Assembly (NCBI GenBank): GCA_043228905.1
Contig: JBHGNT010000008.1
Coordinates: 5,394,001 to 5,458,000 of the forward strand
Direction of reading: 5' to 3'
Length of the DNA stretch: 64,000 nucleotides
Origin: Azolla caroliniana
Lineage: Eukaryota; Plantae; Polypodiophyta
In this document: piece after piece, positions 27,000 through 37,581 of the stretch
Layout: the number at the start of each line of letters is the position of its first letter
Position numbering within the stretch: the first letter of the stretch is position 1
The notes under the pieces: generated by a model
Seen by the model: the letters and a program-made list of their open reading frames with translations, nothing else
The model's database searches: none
What the model was told of the DNA's origin: nothing
Program-made: the position numbers and the translations under genes

Positions 27000-27930
27000 C
27001 AAGACCGAACAATGGCGGTAATCTAGGGCCGCATAGTGGCGGCAACTGAGTGTAGAATGGCGGTAGTGGAGGAGTGAACTCCGTTTGATCGAACATTTTT
27101 GACAATCCAGGACCGAACAATGGTGGCAACTGAGTGTAGAATGATGGCAATGGAGGAGTGAATTCCGTCAGATCGAACAGTGGCAGATGGTGCTTGGAAC
27201 GCACAGTGACGACAATTGAGAGTAGAATGGCAGCAGTGGAGAAGGAGTGAACTCCTTCGGATCAAAAAGTGGCAGCAATACACCATCGAATAGTAGCGGA
27301 AACTAAGTGTAGAATGATGGCATTGGATGAGCAAATTCCGTCAAATCAAACAGTGGCAGATGATGCTTAGAATGCACAGTGACGACAATTGAGAGTACAA
27401 TGGCGACAGTGGAGAAGGAGTGAACTCCCTCCGATCGAAAAGTGGCAGCAATACACGACCGAACAGTAGCGGCAACTAAGTGTAGAATGATGGCAATGGA
27501 TGATTGAACTCCGTCAAATCGAAAAGTGGCAACAATCCAGGACCGGTCACCAAATAGTAGCGGCAACTGAGTGTAGAATGATGGCAATGTAGGAGTGAAC
27601 TCCGTCAAATCGAACAGTGGTAGATGATGGTTGGAACACATAGTGATGGCAACTGAGAGTAGAATGGCGGCAGTGGAGAAGGAGTTAACTCCATCGAATC
27701 GAAAAGTGGCAGTAAAATACGACCTTCACAGTAGCGGCAACTGAGTGTACAGTGGCGGCAATGGAGGAGTGAACTTGGCAGATGATGCTTGGACTGAACA
27801 GTGGTGACAACTGAGTGTAGAATGGCGGCAATGGAGGAGTGAACTCCGTCGGATCGAACAGTGGCAGATGATACTTGGACCATTCAATGTCGGTAATTGA
27901 GTGTAGAATGGCGACAATGGAGGAGTGGAC
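27000..27930. repeat. Degenerate tandem repeat array upstream of the transposase
   Basis: Recurrent caactgagtgtagaatggcggcaatggaggagtgaactccgtc module; minus-strand translation repeats TEFTPPLPxFYTQLP. Confidence 0.85.
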
Positions 27931-28251
27931 TCAATAGGGTTTAGCAACAATGGTAGTAATCTAAGCCAGAATACTCAACCAAAGATGGCCCACGTGATGT
28001 GGCAAAGGATCATGCATTATAATGGACCTAGGAATTTGGTATATAATTTATGGTGCACATATCAATTTATGTTGCATGTGTATGTTGCACATTTATGGTG
28101 CTTATTTATATAATTAAAACTCTCTACTATTTTCAATGCTAGCTTTTTGCATAGCTAATTTATTAATGGTAGCTTTTTGCAAAAATGACTATTTATCAAT
28201 GGTAACTTTTTGCATAGCTAATTGTTTCCACTCACATGCTTTCACCCCAAT

Positions 28252-30497
28252 ACCAAAATGTCCAACCATAGGGGCATCATGACAATGCTATAATACTTGC
28301 AGGCGGGGTGATCCATCAAGGACGTAAAGGAGATTCTTGTAAAAGAGTAATCCATCTTGCCACTTGAATTCCTGATAATGTTGAGATGAATCTTGCAATG
28401 TGGAGCAAGACGCAAGGCTTGGATTAATGTGGGCTAAGACATCCTTAATGAAATCATCTGAGTGAAGTTGTTGCCGAATAGTATGAACAGGGCATGAATC
28501 AAGCAGCGTCACATAAACTGTTGTTGCTTGTAGCTTTGATGGTCCTAGTAGAATTTGCTTTTGGTTGTCGAAGGACGGATCTCCAGGTCGAGGTGCGAGA
28601 TATGAACGTCGAGATAGAGCATTTGGCTTCCCTTGTTGCTTCCTAGGGCGGAAAACAATATTGAAATCAAAACGAGTTAGAAACGGTGCCCACTGAGCTT
28701 GTCTCCTATTTAACACTCGAGCCGTTTGAAAATACGTAAGATTTTCGTGATCACTATAAATGATTATTTGATGAGGCGATCCTTCCAAGAAATGTTGTCA
28801 TTGCTCAAAAGAGTCAACCATAGCTAGTAACTCCTTGTCATGCACCTCATAGTTTATCTCCGCAACAATAAATTTTCTCAAGTGAAACGCGACTGGATGG
28901 GACTACCCGTCCTTGCCTGCTTGGGATAAGATACTCCCCAATGCAAAGTCTAGCGCATCCGCTTCAGTGGTAAATGACTTTTCGGGCTCAATATGTGCTA
29001 ATATAGGAGCTGATGTGAATGCTTGGGATAAGATACTCCCCAATGCAAAGTCTGGTGCATCCGCTTCAGTGGTAAATGGCTTTTCGGGCTCAATATGTGC
29101 TAATATAGGAGCTGATGTGACTCAATAGTTTGCTTTAGGGAATCCTGTTGCCTTAGGCATCCCTCTCCTTGCGGTTGAGCTAACTCTGCACCCCAGATGG
29201 TGAAAGTTCAGTAGCCGACCCTAGGTCCCGTAGTCCCCACGATGAGTGAGGGCTGGTTTCTCGTGGTTCAGAATGTAAACATCCCCCGACTGGTTCGAGA
29301 ATATAATCGATATAGTTAAAGCGTGAGTTGAGTAAAGGTTGTGTCCACTTCAATAGTCCAAACAAACACTTGATTCTTCTTGGTGAGTTGGGTGAGAGGC
29401 AACACGATCTTTGAATAATTTTGTATGAATTTGCGATAGAAGTTAGCAAATCCGAGGAAACATTGGATGTCTCGAACAGAACGTGGGGATTGCCATTCCA
29501 ATATTGTTTTGACTTTTGCTGGATCCATGAAGTTACCCTTAGATTAAATAGTATAACCCAAGAATTCAACTTGTTCGCTGTCAAAACTGCACTTCTCAAG
29601 TTTGGCATACAAACCATACTTTCTTAAGCATTCAAGTACTTTTTGGAAATTTATATCATGCTCCTCCTGTGTTTTAGAGTAAATCAACAAATCATCTAAA
29701 TAGATTATGAGAAAGATATCCAGAAAATCCCGGAAAATGTCATTTGCCATATGTTGGAAAACTGCGGCTGCATTTGTGAGCCGGAAAGGCATGACTGTAT
29801 ACTCAAAATGACCATACCGAGTGCGAAATGCCCTTTTCCACTCATCTCCCGGTCGAATGCGAACAAGATTATATGCACCCCTTAAATCAATCTTTGTAAA
29901 ATGTTTTGCCCCACCAATGCGCTCTAAAAGTCTGGAGATTAAAGGAAGAGCATACCTATTTCTTATGGTGACTTTATTTAATCCCCGATAGTCCATGACC
30001 AAACGAAGCGATCCGTCCTTTTTCTTCACAAAAAAAATAGGAGCCCCAGATGGAGATTTTGAATGTCGATTAAACCCATGTGCAAGATTCTTCTCAATGT
30101 ATTCTTAAAGAACCTCAAGCTTAGTTGGCGATAGATTGTAGATTGGACCCCACGGTGGCTCTTTTCCTAGTTGGAGGTCAATGGGATAATCGTATGGCCG
30201 ATGCTTTGGAAAACATCAACATATTCTTGATATTTTTTGAGAATTTGGATGTCTGGATTCCCCTGAGTCACACTAGAAGGTGTCACTAATATTCCAAATA
30301 AGAAAAGTTCCTCCTTTCCTCCCACTTGGAACAATTGTTGCAATGTGATGGTTGAGATTTGGTGAAAAGGATATGGTGCACTGGTAGAACTATATTCTTT
30401 AAGGGAATACTCCTGGGTTTGATCCTTAGCAATGATGTTTTCTGTAGAAGGGCACCAAATTTCTTGCCTCCTCCAATCTATTCGTGGGTTATGTAGC
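28252..30497 (-). pseudogene. pol: Tcn1-like B pol: protease end, RT, RNase H
   Basis: [51 protein letters not shown]; 102-bp tandem duplication 28919-29120. Confidence 0.92.
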
Positions 30498-31499
30498 CCT
30501 GCTCCAACCCCAAGGCAAACACGTAGCCCAGCCCCAATGGATAGGCCGACATCCATGGAGATCAATATGACCCAACGTCGAGGACCATTTTTGGACGAAG
30601 AGAAGCAATGACGCCGAGCAAACCGTCTGTGCTTATATTGCGGAGGTCCCGGACATATAGCCATTCATTGCTCCCGTAGGCTGAGACGTTAGGTAAATCA
30701 AATTCACTATGACAATAAAAATGAGTCCAACATTTTAGAAGCGCTTAGTGATTCTGATATTATGAATAATCCACCCTTGTCCAATAAGTTTGAAGTCCTA
30801 AGCCAATTAGAAGAGGAGTCAAACGAATAAGTCCAGCCAAAATAGGAGCCATTTGGTTGGACAACCCTAGCTATGTACAACCTAGTGTAGGTTCCATTTC
30901 ATCCAAGCATGTTAGCAAAGTCTTCTCAGCCCAAGTACAAGTTAGGACACCAAGTTGCCAACTTCACGTCCAAGACCTCTTAGATACCAGAGCCAATTCT
31001 TGTTTCATGGATAGAGATTTTGCCCAAAAACATCAAATATCCTTGCACACACTTCCTTGCCCAGTTTCAGTAGTAGTGATTGATGGACGTCCAATAACTT
31101 CCGGGAAGATATTCGAAGAGTGAGAGCCAATACACATACTCTTAGGTGATTTAGGATGTGTAGTTTCCTTTAACATAATCCGTAGCCCCGAGCATCCAAT
31201 TGTCCTTGGTTTGCCATGGTTCGAGCTACATAACCCACGAATAGATTGGAGGAGGCGAGAAATTTGGTGCCCTTCTGCAGAAAACATCATCGCTAAGGAT
31301 CGAACCTAGGAGTATTCCCTTAAACAATATAGTTCTACCAGTGCACCATCTCCTTTTCACCAAATCTCAACCATCACATTGTAGCAATTGTTCCAAGTGG
31401 GAGGAAAGGAGAAACTTTTCTCTTATCACTTCATTCCTCTCTTCTTGTTATCTCTTTACATCTTTTGTCTACCACTCTATCTTTTCTCTGGTTCTGACA
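30498..31499 (+). mobile_element. Inverted segment of Tcn1-like B (gag zinc knuckle, protease, LTR U5 end)
   Basis: Plus strand encodes CLYCGGPGHIAIHC and LLDTRANSCFMD; 31225-31421 is the reverse complement of 30301-30497; 31421-31499 is the LTR 3' end. Confidence 0.85.
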
Positions 31500-31855
31500 G
31501 TTTGTTTCGAATTGGTTTGAGAAGAATTGTATGTCCATATTTATAGGCTCCTATAAAATAGCCTAGTGATTTCTATAATGTTCTATAATGTTCTAGACCT
31601 AGAATATTCTAAGATGTTCTAGGATATTCTAGAATGTTCTAGAATGTTCCAGAACATTTACAATAATCAATCTATTACAAGAAGTAGCTTTTATTATTTT
31701 ATATAATCATATGCTATCCTAATGGTTAGGTTCTTGATTATGTATTACAAGGTCTTGGGTTCAAGCCCAAGTGAAACCATGATGCTTCTGTATTCATGAC
31801 AGTTGACATCGACTAGGTCTACCGAATTACCCCATCCCGGAGTGAAGGGGGAGTT

Positions 31856-32297
31856 TGTTGGGAAAAATTGTCCCTTCGGATGAGATGAGTCAAAGAGCCA
31901 ATTCGGATTCTAGGCGATTAGAGGCTACATTTGTAAATAGCCCATACTGTGGATAAGTATATATATAGACTTAGGGAAAATATATTATTGTTGGGACATA
32001 GGAGAATTATAGAGATAATCAAAATTGTAATCCCTAAGTAATCAAAGTGTGTGGGTGAGTGTGTGTATCCATCTACAAGACAAAGATGAGCTCAAGGTCG
32101 TTCCCTTAGAGTCTCTTGTATTCTCATTCATATAGCAATTCTATTCGGAGTGTGTGGGCTCCCGTGGTTCTTCCCATTCACGGGTTTCCACGTTAAATCT
32201 CGTGTCTTGTTGTCTGTGCTTTTTTGTCTTTGGTTTCAATTTCTTGTCTTTGCATTTTGCTTGCTGACAGGTTGTGGTCGGTCCCTCATTTACAACA
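31856..32297 (+). repeat. 3' LTR of Copia B
   Basis: TGTTGGG..TACAACA after PPT; matches 5133-5523. Confidence 0.88.
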
Positions 32298-32639
32298 TTT
32301 ATAGGTCCTTATATATTTATGATATTTGAAACAATGAACACTAGGTAATTTGAAACAGGCAATATGTTGCATTTTATGAACTGTTCGTCAAAAAAAAGCA
32401 AAAAATACGTCGTTTCACAAAAAGGGGTGTCACATGCGTAAAGGTTTTAAAAAAATGACCAAAAATATACTGATTTTTAGCAATGCCCAAAAGTTTAAGG
32501 CTTTCAAAATATGCCTAAATAATAGACACTCCAAACTTACAACAGAATGTACAAAATTTACAAAAGCCTACCACCTATATTTATACATATTCGTGAATTA
32601 ACATGGAATGTAAAATACAATATTTATAGTTCATGTATA

Positions 32640-35150
32640 AGAACTATCACTTCCCAAATCTACGCCATCATTTTCAGACCCATCCTCATCCTCATCATCA
32701 CTAGCAACCAACGCATTGTCTTCATCCAATTGCAATCCAACATCACCGTGATTATGAGACTTGCTCCTTGTTCATCTTTGTGTCGTGTTGGGATCCACAT
32801 TTGGGATCTTCTCTTTTATTATCTTGATTGTGGTCTATCTTAGATATCTTGTTTTTGTCATGGAGAAGTCATACACTAGTATGTCTGCATTATCAAATGT
32901 GAGAGGAGACGTGCTTGGTAGATTCTTTCTTCTCTGCTTTCTGCTTGTGCATCCGACATCCTTAGCCATCTCTAAATAGTACTTCCTAGAAAATGCATTT
33001 GGGGAAGAGATACGATACCAATGAACCACAATGGACTGAACTTGATTGCTTAGTTCATCCTTAATAATTTCAAGAGTTTTAGCAATCCAAAAGGGATGGC
33101 CCAACTCATCACCCCCAGCTTGTAGCTCGTGCAAATTGCCTTGCCATCTTGCCTTTGCAGTACGTGATCTTCTTGGTCCCATGTAAATATCTCTCTGTCG
33201 TGGACGAACTAAATTATTGAGTTCAGTATGGTCTAGTGATTGATAATGAGTTGTGGATAGCCTTGATGGTATACCAATTGGCACACCAATATTCCATGTG
33301 AATGGATTTTGGAGTGGCCAATATCTAGTAAAGTGGTCATCTAAAATTATGTGTTGATGGTTGAAGAAGTTACCCCACCATTCAACATTCTGATCACCTG
33401 TGTACTTCTTGGTGCGCTCAACATTTTTCTTTTTCTCTTCAAGCCATCACATCCAATATTTTTTTTTCTCATCAATCAAACTAGCGGGAGCCAATCTTTT
33501 ATGGTCGTCATATGGAATTTGTTATGCACAATGGATGTCTGCATCTGGAAAACGCAATAAGAGCCCACAACCCTCTTGTGGCTCCCATTGTGAACTAGAT
33601 GAGTATTGTTTGGCATACAATAGTGTTTGGTCATGGCTCATAGAACTTCTTTTTATGAGGAAGACATGGTTAAAACTTATATATTAAGCGGTACCCTACT
33701 TTGAGTCCCATCACCATTCACGTAGAAGTGTTTAAAATCATAAACTTCATCCAAATGTTGTACATCTGTCTTCGGGGTATAAGCTTCAATGATCAACTTT
33801 GATAGTGTAGGAAGCGTGAAAGCATCACATCTTGCCAATTTCTTTGAGAACCTATTAAACATTTGATCTATATGATCATGGGTATGACCAACTAGTAAGA
33901 AGTTGACCTTAATCTTTTTAAATATGCCCCCTCTACTAGCATGCTTAAATAACCGAACACAGTTGAGTTTTTGTTTTCTTTGGCCGTGTTGTCAATTTGC
34001 ACGTATAGTACTGGCGGGATGACTGTAAGGTTAGGGTCGTTGTGGATATTAGGATAACTTAGGAAGACTAGAGGCCTTATTGTCTGACAATACGATAAAC
34101 AACCTACTAAATGCATTTGTACAAGGCATTCATCTCCAATATCCTTCGACAACCTTTGAAAGTGTGGCAAACAAGTCTTCTTCTGATCCATTCCATCTAT
34201 AATCAAGCACATGTACCTTTCTAGTGATTGAAATGCTTTTTGTCGATGGTGCGTAGCTTTGGACTTTCTCGATGTTCTTTTTATAAATTCTTACAGTTCT
34301 TTATTTCTTCATCAATTCTCCCACTCTTTGCCATGCTTTCTAAACTTGCACATACAGAGCAAACACCCATTCGGACCTTACGCGGTATAACCACGTTGTT
34401 AAACTGAAACCTCCATAATCAATTGAAATGTCGATATTGTATGTAAGGTACACATTCTAATAACATGTTATCCTTATACGCTTGGTATATGTCACGATGA
34501 GTGAAGTTACCTAACAAATGTAATATTCTAGAAGTAGGCATAATATTACATTGCTTTGAGAAATATAACTCCATCCACCTAACAACATGGCACCCTATTC
34601 AACCCTTACATCCAGATGCATTATTGTCGAAAGGTACCCATGAACCCTTTACTAGTTGTAGTTGAATTCTCTAGAGCCTCATGTTACCAATGCTATAAGC
34701 AATTTTGAAAGAAACTCGACAACACTTAGTACTTAGCGGAAGGTAATATTCAACATGCATTGAACTTGGTCCTCTTGTATGTTCCTTTACAAGCTACATA
34801 TATGAAATCAGAAAAGTATCTTGTTCGTCACCATTAAGTGAAAAATACTTTTGTTGCAATCCCCTCAAGTTTGCCTTTCCAAATTTAGGAAGCTAAAGAT
34901 TCCCACAACATGACTTGTTTGTATCAAATGCAATTTGAAGATCCGAACACAAAAAGTTAAATCTTTTGACACTAACTTGCCTAGGAATTCTTCTAAATTT
35001 GATAGGCTGAATTACGCAAGCCTGGTCACTAGATGTATCCACACTTTCACTGTTTGCAACATGTTTTCTCTTTTCTAAACCACATGAGTTTGAAGGCTTG
35101 GTCGAAAAAGTTGAGTTTGATCTATGCATAACATCATAGTTTTGTTACGA
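32640..35150 (-). pseudogene. Sola1-like DDD transposase relic
   Basis: IIDGMDQKKT, YVQIDNTAKENKN, LLVGHTHDHIDQMFNRFS, CxxC motif; many stops; termini not resolved. Confidence 0.7.
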
Positions 35151-35483
35151 AGGCGTTGTCGTGTGGTTTTTCACACACGATATGAAAAATAGTAAAATAA
35201 TTATTTACGATTAGCTTAATATATGGATATGGAAAGATAGATGTGTTAAAGAACTTCATAACGTGTTTTACTACGCATAAAACGGATAAACAAGTATCAA
35301 GTTATGTGAGTGTGAAGTTTGAAGAAAAGAAAAGAAAAGACAAAATTGTGAGATATCCCACATAGATAGGACAACATTGGAACCCAGAATATATAAGGGA
35401 AACCAAAACATATTTATTCTATTAATGTGTGGAGCATAGGATGTTCAAGGTGACTTGGGCTACACTATGTGTTGTACACGCTT

Positions 35484-35995
35484 CGGGCATACGCGCGTCT
35501 ACATGGCCGCGTGGACGTTTTCAGAAGTACGCGCGCATGGACGTCTTCGGATGTACGCGCGTGTGCAAGTTTCAGACGGACGTGTATGTGCGGATGAGCG
35601 TGCGGACGCGTGTGTGTGCACGCGCGCATGCGTGGACATATGCGTGGCGTACGCGCGTCTACATGGCCACGTGGACGTTTTCGGAAGTACGCGCACATGG
35701 ACGTCTTCGGATGTACGCGCGTGTGCAAGTTTCGGATGGACGTGTATGTGCGGACGAGCGTGTGGACGTGTGTGTGTGCACGCGTGCATGCGTGGACATA
35801 TGCGTGGACGTTTCGGACGGACGCGTATGTGCGGCGCAGACGCGTGTGTGCACATGCGCGCATGCGTGGATGCGTACACTACGGCGTGGTCGGGACGTGC
35901 GCATGCGTGGATGCGTACACTACTACGTGGTTGAGACTTTTGCGCGCTGACGCGTCTACGGTTTGGTTGCGACGCACGTGTGGATTGCGCACGGG
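35484..35995. repeat. CG-rich alternating purine/pyrimidine repeat with 160-bp duplication
   Basis: Copies start at 35490 and 35650; runs such as gtgtgtgtgcacgcgcgcatgcgtg. Confidence 0.85.
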
Positions 35996-36044
35996 CTAAA
36001 CTTTATGGATGATTGTGTCATTTGGCCAAATTATACGGACAATC

Positions 36045-36175
36045 GCATGCAACCAAAAGCCAAGGCCATGCAGCTTAAAGTAAAAAGGCATGCATCTAAA
36101 AATGGAAGCATGCGACTAAAAGCAGAGGCCATGCAACTAAAAATAGAGGCCATCCGACTAAAAGTGGGCATGCAA
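36045..36175. repeat. ~21-bp degenerate tandem repeat
   Basis: catgcaactaaaagcagaggc-like units, about 6 copies. Confidence 0.7.
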
Positions 36176-36674
36176 AGTAACATTAGGGAGGAGGATCAAC
36201 GAGGACCTCGATATATGTCCCATTTTTTCCCTCCTAGTTTTTTCTTTTTTCTTTTTTCTTTTTTCCCTTCTTTCTTCTTCCCTCTCGTATTCGAGAAGAA
36301 AATTATCTCACATATTGATATCAAACTCTTAGCTTTGTTTACTTGAGCTTTCTGGTAAAAAATTATCTCTCGTATTCACATCGGACCACTCCTTGCATGG
36401 TTGTTGGCTCCTTTCTTTGAAAAACTAATCTCTCATTTCCATACCCAACCCATTGTAACACGATTCTGAAATTATAAAGAATTGATTTTCTTTTGCAATA
36501 AACGAATGATTTGTCTCTCCCTCTTGTCTCATGCTTAAGACTTGCTTGTGTTGTTCATGTTGCTCTAAATCCTTCTAGTCCAGAACCCCGGCGGTTCCGT
36601 CTCACGATCCGCACATAGTGACGGATTTTCACGACAACGCTATGGCTCTTCTGTGTGCACATCGGATCGTGATG

Positions 36675-37153
36675 TGTTGGATCATTTAGTGATCAAGACA
36701 GAAAAGAAGGGGGAAAGAGACTTACCTTTGCATAGTTCAAAAGCTTCTACTTCATTACACGTAGAGCTCAACTTGCTCTCGTTAGTTTTTTGTTCTTACT
36801 ACTCTCTGCACTACTCTCTCTATTCTCACTTCTACTTACTTTTTACTTACTACACTTACTTTTTACCTAAGCTATGAGTGTCTTATATATGCAGCTAATT
36901 AGCTGTCTGTAGCTAAATAGTTGTCAATAGCTAAATAGATGTGCATAGCTAAATAGTTGTTTCACCTTTATGTCCACTAGTAGCTAATTAGCTAATATCT
37001 ACTATAGCTTATTTCTCAATAAGCATCACATACCTTTGTTGAGCTTGCTTCTCAACACTCCCCCTCAAGCTCAACTTATCCTTTCTTTGGATCATCTTTA
37101 ATCTTCTTTTCTTCATGCTTTTTAGCTACCATGTCGATGGTTATAACTCCCAT
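36675..37153 (-). mobile_element. Copia 3' end: PPT and 383-bp LTR (36675-37057)
   Basis: Minus strand gagggggag|TGTTGAGAAGCAAGCTCAACA..TATATAAG..CCAACA; start resembles LTRs at 44446 and 54371. Confidence 0.7.
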
Positions 37154-37581
37154 TGTCAGAACCAAGGATAAAAGATAGAGTGATGGAAGAAGGATATTAG
37201 AGAACACGAGCAGAAAGGAACGAAATACTAAGAGAAGAATGGATGTATAATATAGAGAAAGAAAGAGAATGGATACAAGATATGTAATGAGAGCTAAAGA
37301 CTGGTGTTGATTCGAATTGATTTGAGAATACATGTATGCCCTTATTTATAGGTTCCTATAGAATAGCTTAGAGATTTCTAGAATGTTCTAGAATGTTCTA
37401 GACATAGAATGCTCTAGGATATTCTAGAACATTCTAGAATAATCTAGAGGTTTTACAATAATCAATGTAATACAAGAAGTAGCTTTTATTGTTTCATATA
37501 ACAATAAGCTATCTTAATGGTTGAGGTTTTCAAGTATGGATTACAAGGTTCGAGGTTCAAGTCCGGGTGACGCCATAATGG

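Larger units (their letters stand above)
10283..28247. mobile_element. Large Sola2-like DNA transposon (~11 kb excluding nested Gypsy)
   Basis: Imperfect ~25-bp TIRs gggtacaaagcatgcgagtggaaaca / tgtttccactcacatgctttcaccc; TSD CAAT 10279-10282 and 28248-28251; removal restores the Gypsy sequence seen intact at ~38840-38865. Confidence 0.85.
8024..31801 (-). mobile_element. Tcn1-like Gypsy chromovirus B, disrupted and partly inverted
   Basis: 3' LTR 8024-8481 and 5' LTR part ~31510-31801 near-identical; flanks gctga/gttga (4/5 TSD); integrase-chromodomain 8500-10282, RT/RNase H 28252-30160, protease/gag pieces 30160-31421. Confidence 0.88.
5133..32297 (+). mobile_element. Ty1/Copia element B (Tnt1/Tto1-like), internally deleted, split by a 23.8-kb nested insertion
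   Basis: 5' LTR remnant 5133-5523 matches 3' LTR 31856-32297; degenerate iMet PBS cggtattagagc 5527-5538; gag, WVADSSAS protease, LWHKRLCH, RNase H to 8023, resuming at 31807; PPT gaagggggag before 31856. Confidence 0.85.
35157..36636 (+). mobile_element. Probable solo LTR of the TGTCGTG-ended non-chromoviral Gypsy group
   Basis: TGTCGTG..CACGACA ends; last ~75 bp match the reverse complement of 62098-62172. Confidence 0.7.

Noticed and set aside
32379-32450. Candidate TIR for the Sola1-like element (ggggtgtcacatgcg..)
   Set aside because: No matching inverted copy or TSD found in the window
35429-35999. Overlapping Cys/Arg/His-rich ORFs on both strands
   Set aside because: Artefact of a stop-poor purine/pyrimidine repeat
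37037-37057. 21-bp mini-LTR TGTTGAG..CTCAACA
   Set aside because: The sequence continues on the minus strand with a TATA box and ends CCAACA at 36675, so it is the start of a normal LTR
37505-37576. Genuine tRNA genes at the A/B-box sites
   Set aside because: Acceptor and anticodon stems do not pair well; only the promoter boxes and spacing are retained
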